Shown here: positions 53,499-61,509 of the stretch, piece by piece | How positions within the stretch are numbered: the stretch's first letter is position 1 | How the letters are laid out: every line of letters begins with the position of its first letter | Origin: an uncultured bacterium | Lineage (GTDB): Bacteria; UBP6; UBA1177; JAKLFG01 | Reading direction: 5' to 3' | DNA: 63,519 nt | Assembly (NCBI GenBank): GCA_937871295.1 | Contig: CALMRE010000159.1 | Coordinates: forward strand, 1-63,519 | Made by a program: the position numbers and the translations under genes | The notes under the pieces: model-generated | Told to the model about the DNA's origin: nothing | Database searches by the model: none | What the model saw: only the letters and a program-made list of their open reading frames with translations

Positions 53499-55415
53499 AT
53501 GTCGAAGTTCATGCCCGTGGTCCTGCTGGCCGCCACCCTGCTGTGGTGCGCCTGCGACAGCGATAAGAAGGATACGGCCGACGCCGATACGCCGGCCACC
53601 GACACCGCGACCGATGAGGACACGCTCCTCCCCGACGACGACGAGGTGACCGATCCCCTCGCGGCGCTTTTCGGCGAGCCGGTCCTCAATCCCTCGGGAG
53701 CGGCGCCGCTCACCGCCGAGATACCCTTCACCCCCGACATTGTCGGCTCTCTCGCCCTGCGGGTCGAGTGTCCCGCGCTGGAGGGGGCCGACCCCTACGA
53801 GAAGGACTTCGACTTCACCGTCGGGAAGACGATACCGATCCCGGTCATGGGGCTCTACCCCGACTGCGCCAACCTGCTTACGGTCACCGTATTCGACGGC
53901 GAAGGAACGGAGCGGGGCACCCGCGAGTTCACGCTGACCACCGCCCCCGCGCCGGAGGACTTCCCCACCGCCACCGTCGTCGGTTCGTACGCCGGTGACG
54001 CCTTCACCTTCGTGGTCTACTACCTGACCCGGGCGTCGGAAGAGGAGCCGGAGGAGAACGGCGGGGTCGAGACGGTCCCCGGCATCGTCCCCGAATTCAT
54101 CGGCATCATGTTCGATAAAAAAGGGCATATCCGCTGGTATTCGGAACTCGCGTACAAAAAGATCGCCGCGATCGAGATCATCGACGGCTACATCTACGGC
54201 AGCGACTGGGGCGCCGAGGCGGGGGTGCTCTGGTGGCACGATTTCATGGGGAGGACCGGCGGGTCGATCGATCTGGGCGAACTCGGGTTCCTGTGGATAC
54301 ACCACGATGTGGTCAAACTGCCGAACGGGAATCTCCTCCTGACCGCCGACCCGATCACCAACGACTATATCGAGGAATACCTGATCGAGGTCGATCCGGT
54401 CGCCGGCACGGTGGTGAAGGAATGGGACCTGCGTCCCGTCTTTCCCGATGTGGCCGATCTCTACCGCGACATACCGCCCACCAGCGCCGATGTCTACGGC
54501 ATCACCAACGATCCGATACACTTGAACGGCATCGTCCACGATCCGGCCGACGACGGAATCATCGTATCCTCCCAGCGTTCCGGCGTGGCAAAACTCGCCG
54601 CCGACGGCACCCTCAAATGGTTCCTCGCCCCCCACCTGACCCGCTACATCGACGACGCCGACGCCGACGGGGTGAGCGACAGTTTCATGGTCAACTACGA
54701 CCCGAGCAACCAGATGACCTGGATCGGCGACTACACCGGCGCAACCTACACCGATGACCGGATGCCCTGCGGCGGAGAACCGGCGGAAGGGACCTATCCC
54801 TTCGCGTTCTCCTACGGCGAGTTCCTGCTCCGGCCGCTCGACGGCGCGGGCGCCCCGATCGCCGACGAAGAGGTTCTGCGCGGCTTTGTCGACGGGACCG
54901 ATTTCCGCTGGCCCTTCCGGCCGCACGCCCCGCTCCTGACCGCCGACGGCACGCTGATGCTGTTCGACAACGGGCTGGCGCGTAATTTCACCATCATCAA
55001 TAAAGATACCTTCAGCCGCGCTGCCGCCTACCGCATCACCCCCGACGAGGACGGCTACGGCGGGACGGTCCAGCAGACGGCCGAATATATCCTGACCCAC
55101 GACCCGCTGTGGCACCGCTTCAGCGCCGCGGTCGGCGACGTCGACCTACTGCCCGACGGCTCGCTCCTCATCGCCTCGGGCGCGCTCGGCTCCGCCTTCT
55201 ACCCCGACCTCATCATGGCCCAGTACGGCGACGGCACACGCGGCGCCTACATCGCGCAGGTCGACGCCGAGACCGGCGACGAGATCCATTCGCTCCTCAT
55301 CGAACGGGTCATCTCTGAAGACTATCCCAACGCCCCCTTCAGCGTCTACCGCGCCGAACGGGTCGATCCCTACGCGAACTTCGCCCTGCCGGAGGGGTTG
55401 AGCGGCGCATGGTGA
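53499..55415 (+). CDS. Aryl-sulfate sulfotransferase (ASST)-family beta-propeller lipoprotein, copy 1
   Basis: SD AAGGAGG, ATG 53499. LLWCAC lipobox-like. WIHHDVVKLPNGNLLL, NDPIHLNGIVHDPADDGIIVSSQRSGVAKLAADGTLKWFL and LMLFDNG match the ASST pattern from memory. Confidence 0.7.
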   Translation: MSKFMPVVLLAATLLWCACDSDKKDTADADTPATDTATDEDTLLPDDDEVTDPLAALFGEPVLNPSGAAPLTAEIPFTPDIVGSLALRVECPALEGADPYEKDFDFTVGKTIPIPVMGLYPDCANLLTVTVFDGEGTERGTREFTLTTAPAPEDFPTATVVGSYAGDAFTFVVYYLTRASEEEPEENGGVETVPGIVPEFIGIMFDKKGHIRWYSELAYKKIAAIEIIDGYIYGSDWGAEAGVLWWHDFMGRTGGSIDLGELGFLWIHHDVVKLPNGNLLLTADPITNDYIEEYLIEVDPVAGTVVKEWDLRPVFPDVADLYRDIPPTSADVYGITNDPIHLNGIVHDPADDGIIVSSQRSGVAKLAADGTLKWFLAPHLTRYIDDADADGVSDSFMVNYDPSNQMTWIGDYTGATYTDDRMPCGGEPAEGTYPFAFSYGEFLLRPLDGAGAPIADEEVLRGFVDGTDFRWPFRPHAPLLTADGTLMLFDNGLARNFTIINKDTFSRAAAYRITPDEDGYGGTVQQTAEYILTHDPLWHRFSAAVGDVDLLPDGSLLIASGALGSAFYPDLIMAQYGDGTRGAYIAQVDAETGDEIHSLLIERVISEDYPNAPFSVYRAERVDPYANFALPEGLSGAW

Positions 55416-57295
55416 AGTTCCTCTGCATATTCGTATGGGCGCTTTTGCTTCCTTGCGCCTGCGACAACGGCGGCGCGCCGAAAGACGATACGCCGATTCC
55501 CGACGAGGACGGCATCGTCGACCCCCTCGCGGCGCTTTTCGGCGAGCCGGTCCTCAATCCCTCGGGAGCGGCGCCGCTCACCGCCGAAATACCCTTCAAC
55601 CCCGATCTGCCCGGTATGCTCACCCTGCGGATCGAGTGTGCGACTGTTGAGAGGGCGGAACCGTATGAAAAAGAGTTTTCCTTCACCGTCGGAAAGACGA
55701 TACCGATACCGGTGATGGGGCTATATGCCGACTGCGCGAATACCGTCACGATCACCCTGTTCGACGGCGAAGGGACGGTGCGCGACACTCGCGAGTTCAC
55801 GCTGACCACCGCCCCGACGCCGGAGGACTTTCCGACCGCCACCGCCGTCGGCTCGTACGCCGGCGACGCCTTCACCTTCATCACCTACTACCGGACCCGT
55901 CTTCCGCAACCCGAAGAGGAGTTTCCCGATGACCTTCCCGAGGTCATCAATAACACCATTCCCGAGATCACCGGCATCATGTTCGACAAGCGCGGCCGCG
56001 TTCGCTGGTATTCCGATCTTCCCTACGAATTCCTTTTCCCGATGGAATTCATCGACGGACATCTGTACGGTGGCGACTGGGCCGCCGACATGGGGTTGGT
56101 ACAGTGGTACGACCTGATGGGAAGGCGACAGGGCACCATCGATATCGGCACCCTCGGATACCTGCGGGTCCACCACGACATTCTGAAAAAGCCCGACGGC
56201 CATTTCATCATCACCGCCGACAAGATCGGCAACGACTATATCGAGGATCATCTGATCGAGGTCGACCCTATCGATGGAACACTCGTCCATTCATGGGATC
56301 TCAACCTTGTCATGCCCGATGTGGCCGATCTATACCGCGACATTCCGCCCACCGGCACCGAGAAGCCCGGACTCACCAACGACCCGATACACCTGAACGG
56401 TGTCGCCTATGACCCGACTGACGGCGGCTTTGTCGTTTCTTCCCAGCGGTCGGGCATCGCGAAGATAGCGGCCGACGGTACGCTCAAATGGTTTCTCTCC
56501 CCCCATCTGACCCGCTACATCGACGACGCCGACGGCGACGGGGTGAGCGACAGTTTCATGGCCAACTATGATCCGTCGAACCAGATGACCTGGATCGGCG
56601 ACTACACCGGCGATAACTACACCGACGAGCGGATGCCCTGTGGCGGCGAACCGGCGGAGGGGACCTATCCCTTCGATTTCTCGTACGGCGAATTCCTGCT
56701 GACCCCGCTTGACGGGGCGGGCGACTCGATCACCGACGAACAGGTACTACGGGGCTTTGTCGACGGCGCCGATTTCCGCTGGCCTTTCCGCCCGCATGCC
56801 CCGCTTTTGAAAGAGGACGGTACGCTCCTGCTCTTTGACAACGGCCTTGCGCGCGGTTTCGGCATCATCAACAAGAATTCTTTCAGCCGCGCGGTCGCCT
56901 ATCGCATCACTCCCGACGGGGACGGCTATGGCGGGACGGTCGAGCAGACAGCCGAATATGTCCTGACGCACGATCCGCTGTGGCACCGACTCAGCGTTGT
57001 CGTGAGCGATGTCGATGTGCTGTCCGACGGATCGATCCTTGTTACTTCGGGATCTCTCGGATCGCGCCTCTATCCCGACCTCATCATGGCCCAGTACGGC
57101 GACGGCCCGCGCGGCGCCTACATCGCGCAGGTCGATGCCGAGACCGGCGACGAGATCCATTCATTCCTCATCGAACGGGTCATATCGGAAGATTATCCCA
57201 ACGCCCCCTTCAGCGTCTACCGCGCCGAACGGGTCGACCCCTACGCGGCGCTCGCCCTGCCGGAGGGGCTGACGGCCGTTGTGGACAACCCTTGA
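55409..57295 (+). CDS. ASST-family beta-propeller lipoprotein, copy 2
   Basis: ATG 55409 overlaps the copy-1 stop (ATGGTGA). Collinear with copy 1 and shares identical DNA tracts with it. Confidence 0.7.
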   Translation: MVKFLCIFVWALLLPCACDNGGAPKDDTPIPDEDGIVDPLAALFGEPVLNPSGAAPLTAEIPFNPDLPGMLTLRIECATVERAEPYEKEFSFTVGKTIPIPVMGLYADCANTVTITLFDGEGTVRDTREFTLTTAPTPEDFPTATAVGSYAGDAFTFITYYRTRLPQPEEEFPDDLPEVINNTIPEITGIMFDKRGRVRWYSDLPYEFLFPMEFIDGHLYGGDWAADMGLVQWYDLMGRRQGTIDIGTLGYLRVHHDILKKPDGHFIITADKIGNDYIEDHLIEVDPIDGTLVHSWDLNLVMPDVADLYRDIPPTGTEKPGLTNDPIHLNGVAYDPTDGGFVVSSQRSGIAKIAADGTLKWFLSPHLTRYIDDADGDGVSDSFMANYDPSNQMTWIGDYTGDNYTDERMPCGGEPAEGTYPFDFSYGEFLLTPLDGAGDSITDEQVLRGFVDGADFRWPFRPHAPLLKEDGTLLLFDNGLARGFGIINKNSFSRAVAYRITPDGDGYGGTVEQTAEYVLTHDPLWHRLSVVVSDVDVLSDGSILVTSGSLGSRLYPDLIMAQYGDGPRGAYIAQVDAETGDEIHSFLIERVISEDYPNAPFSVYRAERVDPYAALALPEGLTAVVDNP

Positions 57296-57353
57296 CTTTG
57301 TCTCCGTTCCGTGCCAATATCGCCCGTGTTGTGAACCGAACTGGAGGGATATC

Positions 57354-57764
57354 ATGAGAACCTTGCTGACCGTCGCGATCGTAACGCTCTTTTCGGCGGG
57401 ACTGCTCGCCGGCGCCGCCTTTTCAGAAGCGATAGACAAGGAGGGCAACACCTCGACGTGGACCTTCTTCCAGAAAGATAAGGCGAGCGCGGGCGCCGCG
57501 AGCGCCGAGGCGATAAAGAAACTCAAGGAGCAGGGCCACGCCAAGGTCACCTCTCCCGCGAGCACCGGCATGGACCACGGCGTCTATGTGGTCGTGTTCA
57601 CCGCCTACGAACACAAGGGCGAGGCGCGCTGGAGTCACGGCTTCGGTTTCCACAAGTCCTCCCAGAAGGAGGCCGAGAAGGCGGCGGTGGCGAATCTCAA
57701 GAAGAAGGACAAGGCGTGGAAGGCCGACTACGGGTACGATCTGAAAGAGACCAAGAATTTCTGA
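57354..57764 (+). CDS. Small secreted hypothetical protein
   Basis: SD GGAGGG, ATG 57354. Signal peptide MRTLLTVAIVTLFSAGLLAGAAFS. 136 aa. Confidence 0.55.
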   Translation: MRTLLTVAIVTLFSAGLLAGAAFSEAIDKEGNTSTWTFFQKDKASAGAASAEAIKKLKEQGHAKVTSPASTGMDHGVYVVVFTAYEHKGEARWSHGFGFHKSSQKEAEKAAVANLKKKDKAWKADYGYDLKETKNF

Positions 57765-57822
57765 TCCGGCACTCTTTTTCTTTCCCACAAACTTTCAACA
57801 GTGCGCCTAGCAAGTTCCTAAC

Positions 57823-57849
57823 CGTCCGTTTTTGTAGGGACGATTTTTA
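57823..57849 (+). terminator. Weak intrinsic terminator candidate
   Basis: CGTCC (57823-27) pairs with GGACG (57838-42), 10-nt loop, then ATTTTTAC. Confidence 0.3.
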
Positions 57850-58005
57850 CACCGCTTTCCTTGACTCCCGTTTCGTGGCGTATTTCCGGCCTGCGGCGGA
57901 CCCCCCAGCGCGGGGAGGAGAATGCCTCGACCGCTTTCTTCTTTGTTTTTGAAGGATGTTCATTTCCTCTTTCGGCCTCCGAAATGTTGAAAGAGACATT
58001 TATGA

Positions 58006-58034
58006 TTGACAACGGGCAGTTGCAGGGATAGAAT
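58006..58034 (+). promoter_or_regulatory. sigma70-like promoter of the Cys-repeat/FGE gene
   Basis: TTGACA (58006-11), 17 nt, TAGAAT (58029-34). Confidence 0.55.
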
Positions 58035-58060
58035 GACCCCGCAGTAACCAGAAACCGGGG

Positions 58061-60112
58061 GTGGTCGTGCGACGCGCCTGTTCTCTTTTCATGACATTGG
58101 CGACATTGCTGCTGTACGGCTGCGGCGGATGCGATTTCGGCGCTGTCGAGGATCCCTGCGCCCCCGACCGGTGCGGGATGGTGGGCGACACCAACTGCGG
58201 CGACTGTTCCGACTATCACGGCGGATGCGGCAGCGATCCTTCCGAGCCCGACTATTACTGTTCCGCAGGACACTGTGTCTCTCCCTCGTGCGGGAACGGT
58301 GTGGTTGAAACACCCGAGAAATGTGAACGGGGAACCACTATTCTTTGTACGGAACTCGTTCACGATGCGTATCTCGACGGTACCGCGACCTGTGCCTATA
58401 ACTGCAACGAATGGGATACTTCGTCCTGCGTTCAGAAGAACTGGTGCGGCAACGGCGTACTGGAAGAGGACAATAACGAACTCTGCGAAACGGGCGACAC
58501 CCTCCCCTGCGCCGAACTCGACGCCGAACAATTCCTGAAAGGCGCCGCGACCTGCGACGACTATTGCGTGTGGGACAGTTCCGCCTGCACGGAGCGGAAT
58601 GTCTGTGGCAACGGCGTGATCGAACCGGAGGCCGGAGAGATCTGCGAGGGAAGCATTATACTTTGTACCGACATCAGCGACCAGTTCCTGAGCGGCTACG
58701 CCTCTTGTGTCGCCGACTGTTCCGGCTGGGACAAGGATGACTGTATCATGGCGAATGTCTGCGGGAATGGCGTGGTCGAACCGGAGGCCGGAGAGGTCTG
58801 CGAACGCTACGATCCCATCGCCTGCGCCGCTCTGGACAGCGGCTATACCGGCGGCTATGCCTATTGCCTGAACGACTGTTCCGATTGGGATATATCGGCC
58901 TGCACCACGCCGCCCAGCACGTGCGGGAACGGCGTTATCGACGATGTCAGCGAAGAGTGCGAGGCGGGCATGGGGATCCCCTGCGTCGAGATAGACCCCG
59001 CGCAGTATGTCTACGGCACCGCCCCCTGCAACAGCGAATGTTCCGGCTGGAGCGTCGCGCCGTGTCTCGGCACCGACGCCTGCGGCAACGGCATCTTCGA
59101 GCTCGGCGAGGAGTGCGAGATCACCGACACCATCCCCTGCACCGAGATAGATCCGGTCAACTACCTGCCGGGGAACGCCCCCTGCCTGAGCGATTGTTCC
59201 GGCTGGGATCCGTCGCTGTGCGCCACCGTGCAGGTGTGCGGCAACGGCATCGTCGAAGAGGGGGAGACCTGCGACACCCTTCCGGTCGCCTGCGCCGCGC
59301 TCGATCCGCTCGTCTGGGCGCTCGGCACCGCCCCCTGCCGCGCCGACTGCGAGGGCTGGGACACCGGCGACTGTCTGGAGGTCGCCGACCCCGACGATAT
59401 GGTCGATATACCGGGCGGCCCCTTTTTCATGGGGTGCGACGCCGCGCAGTGGACCGACTGTCTGCAGATGGAAAAGCCGGAACACGCGGTAACGCTGTCG
59501 CCCTACGCCATAGACCGCTACGAGGTGACCGTCGCGCAGTATCAGTTGTGCATCGCGGCGGGGAAATGCACCGGCAGCATGCACGGCGCCCACGCCGGAG
59601 CGACCGCCTGCAACCTCGGCTCGGAGCGCGACCCGCGGATGCCGGTCAACTGCGTCAGTTGGAACGGCGCGGCGGCCTACTGCAAATGGAAAGGCAAGCG
59701 CCTGCCGACCGAGGCCGAATGGGAATACGCGGCGCGCGGCCCGGAAGGGTGGCCCTACCCGTGGGGAACGGTGACGGCCGACTGCGGCCGGGCCTCCTAC
59801 GACGCCGGCGCGGGGGCCGGTTGCGGCACCGGGGCGACCTCCGTCATCGGTTTGCGGCAGAAGGGGAAAAGCCTTTCGTTCGATCTCTACGACATGGCGG
59901 GCAACGTCCGCGAATGGGTCGCCGACCGCTATGTCTACGACTATTACTGGGGCAGTCCCGTACAGGATCCGCAGGGACCGGTGGCCGGCGATATGCGGGT
60001 GGCGCGCGGCGGTTCGTGGAAAAGCGACGCCCGCTCGCTCAAGACCTACGCCCGCTACGCCAATTACCCGACCACGACCTACACCGATCTGGGCTTCCGC
60101 TGCGCAAAATAG
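58061..60112 (+). CDS. Lipoprotein: seven six-Cys CGNG repeats fused to a C-terminal FGE-sulfatase (SUMF1-like) domain
   Basis: GTG 58061 (ATG 58091 alternative). LLLYGC. FGE block from about aa 447 (nt 59399): IPGGPFFMG, EKPEHAVTLSPYAIDRYEVT, NCVSWNGAAAYCKWKGKRLPTEAEWEYAARG, YDMAGNVREW, VARGGSW, LGFRCAK. Confidence 0.85.
   Translation: MVVRRACSLFMTLATLLLYGCGGCDFGAVEDPCAPDRCGMVGDTNCGDCSDYHGGCGSDPSEPDYYCSAGHCVSPSCGNGVVETPEKCERGTTILCTELVHDAYLDGTATCAYNCNEWDTSSCVQKNWCGNGVLEEDNNELCETGDTLPCAELDAEQFLKGAATCDDYCVWDSSACTERNVCGNGVIEPEAGEICEGSIILCTDISDQFLSGYASCVADCSGWDKDDCIMANVCGNGVVEPEAGEVCERYDPIACAALDSGYTGGYAYCLNDCSDWDISACTTPPSTCGNGVIDDVSEECEAGMGIPCVEIDPAQYVYGTAPCNSECSGWSVAPCLGTDACGNGIFELGEECEITDTIPCTEIDPVNYLPGNAPCLSDCSGWDPSLCATVQVCGNGIVEEGETCDTLPVACAALDPLVWALGTAPCRADCEGWDTGDCLEVADPDDMVDIPGGPFFMGCDAAQWTDCLQMEKPEHAVTLSPYAIDRYEVTVAQYQLCIAAGKCTGSMHGAHAGATACNLGSERDPRMPVNCVSWNGAAAYCKWKGKRLPTEAEWEYAARGPEGWPYPWGTVTADCGRASYDAGAGAGCGTGATSVIGLRQKGKSLSFDLYDMAGNVREWVADRYVYDYYWGSPVQDPQGPVAGDMRVARGGSWKSDARSLKTYARYANYPTTTYTDLGFRCAK
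58289..59374 (+). repeat. Seven tandem ~50-aa six-Cys repeats (coding)
   Basis: CGNG(V/I)(V/I)E..(E).CE....C..(L/I)D...(Y/F)..G.A.C...C(S)(G)WD...C repeated seven times (aa 77-438). Confidence 0.8.
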
Positions 60113-60121
60113 GAGCACGAT

Positions 60122-61216
60122 ATGGGGATCGGAAAGGAGATAGGCAGAATTCCGTGGACCTTGGCGGTCGCGGCGTTTTGCCTTTTCTTCGGTTGTGAAG
60201 GTTCTTCCGTCATTACAGAGAACGATGACCTGCCGGACGCATCAATTAACGATGATCTGTCGGTAACGCCCCAATGCGGGAACGGTATCGTTGAAACAGG
60301 AGAGAGCTGCGAACTGTATGAGAGCAGGGATTGCATTGACCTTGACCCGAAATACTATGCCCGCGGAACGGCGACCTGTACACCGGATTGTGCGGGATGG
60401 GATCTTTCCCGCTGTGTTCTCAATCATATCGAAAGGCCTGATTGCGGTAACGATATCGTCGAAGACGGCGAAGAGTGCGAATCGGGCGATATCGAATATT
60501 GTACGGTCATCGATCCCGAGCGCTACGCTACCGGCACCGCGTTCTGCGTCGACTGCGTGTGGCGTATGGACAATTGCTGGAAAAAGAATGTTTGCGGGAA
60601 CAATATCGTGGAAAAAGAGATCGGCGAGATATGCGACAAACAAAGTACTCTTTCTTGCATTTCTTTGGATCCCGAAAAGTATATCGGCGGCACGGCGTAT
60701 TGTAACAACCAGTGTACGGGTTGGCTCACCTACCAGTGTATTGAACCGAATGTCTGTGGCAACAACATTCTTGAAGAGGATATCGGCGAGATATGCGAAG
60801 AAGGATACGGGAAGCCCTGCGTGGTCCTCGATCCGGAAAGCTATATCGGGGGAACCGCTTATTGCGACGACAAGTGCACCGGTTGGGATCCGGACACCTG
60901 CGTCCTTGCCGGCATTTGCGGGAATTATGTCGTCGAGAATGATGAGGTCTGCGACGAATCCTCTCTCCTTTGCGCCGACATCAGCGATCAATACAGCGCC
61001 GGATATGCTCATTGTCTGAACGACTGCTCCGGTTGGAACACCATGAATTGCATCGAGAAACCTCCCTGCGGGAACGGCGTGCTGGACCAGAACGAGGAAT
61101 GCGATGCAAGCATGACCATCCCCTGCGTCGAGATAGATCCGGTGAAATACACCGCCGGCATTTCCTACTGCAACGGCGACTGCACCGGCTGGGATATTTC
61201 CACCTGCGAGGAATGA
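60122..61216 (+). CDS. Lipoprotein made of six six-Cys CGNG-type repeats (lower GC than neighbours)
   Basis: Lipobox CLFFGC. Six repeats CGN(G/D/N/Y)(I/V)(V/L)E...CE...C...DP(E)(K/S)Y.(G)GTA(Y)C...C(T)GW....C. Confidence 0.8.
   Translation: MGIGKEIGRIPWTLAVAAFCLFFGCEGSSVITENDDLPDASINDDLSVTPQCGNGIVETGESCELYESRDCIDLDPKYYARGTATCTPDCAGWDLSRCVLNHIERPDCGNDIVEDGEECESGDIEYCTVIDPERYATGTAFCVDCVWRMDNCWKKNVCGNNIVEKEIGEICDKQSTLSCISLDPEKYIGGTAYCNNQCTGWLTYQCIEPNVCGNNILEEDIGEICEEGYGKPCVVLDPESYIGGTAYCDDKCTGWDPDTCVLAGICGNYVVENDEVCDESSLLCADISDQYSAGYAHCLNDCSGWNTMNCIEKPPCGNGVLDQNEECDASMTIPCVEIDPVKYTAGISYCNGDCTGWDISTCEE
60275..61207 (+). repeat. Six tandem six-Cys repeats (coding)
   Basis: Same repeat class as 58289-59374 (aa 52-362). 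Confidence 0.8.
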
Positions 61217-61227
61217 ATCCAAGAGTT

Positions 61228-61256
61228 TTGACTTTTGGGCTCGATTACCATAGACT
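61228..61256 (+). promoter_or_regulatory. sigma70-like promoter candidate
   Basis: TTGACT (61228-33), 17 nt, TAGACT (61251-56). Confidence 0.4.
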
Positions 61257-61299
61257 TCGCGCGTTATTATTCGGATACGGTCTTTCGGAGACGACAGCC

Positions 61300-61509
61300 A
61301 TGGAACAGAAGAAACCGAATCAGAACGAACTGCAGAGCAAAACGCTTATTCTCGGCGAGGTCGACGGCATCGACGATATGCTGGCCGGACTCAACAAAGG
61401 CCGCGAACAGTTGCAGAAACCGAAAAAAGAACGCGACTGGAAGACGATCTTCATCGTCGCGCTGGTCGTCGTGGTCCTCATCGAGATACTGATCCTCCTC
61501 TTCCGGTGA
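61300..61509 (+). CDS. Small single-pass membrane protein
   Basis: ATG 61300. 69 aa. C-terminal TM helix TIFIVALVVVVLIEILILLF. Its stop overlaps the GTG of the next gene. Confidence 0.45.
   Translation: MEQKKPNQNELQSKTLILGEVDGIDDMLAGLNKGREQLQKPKKERDWKTIFIVALVVVVLIEILILLFR

Noticed and set aside
52908-55115. 735-codon minus-strand ORF in the track.
   Set aside because: Only the last 153 codons (52908-53369, with its own SD and ATG) form a perfect SmpB. The rest is Arg/Gly/Val-rich antisense shadow of the plus-strand ASST-like gene, typical of high-GC DNA.
57818-60118. 766-codon minus-strand ORF.
   Set aside because: It is the antisense shadow of the Cys-repeat/FGE gene. The plus-strand product has clear domain motifs, whereas the minus-strand product is low-complexity G/A/R/V.
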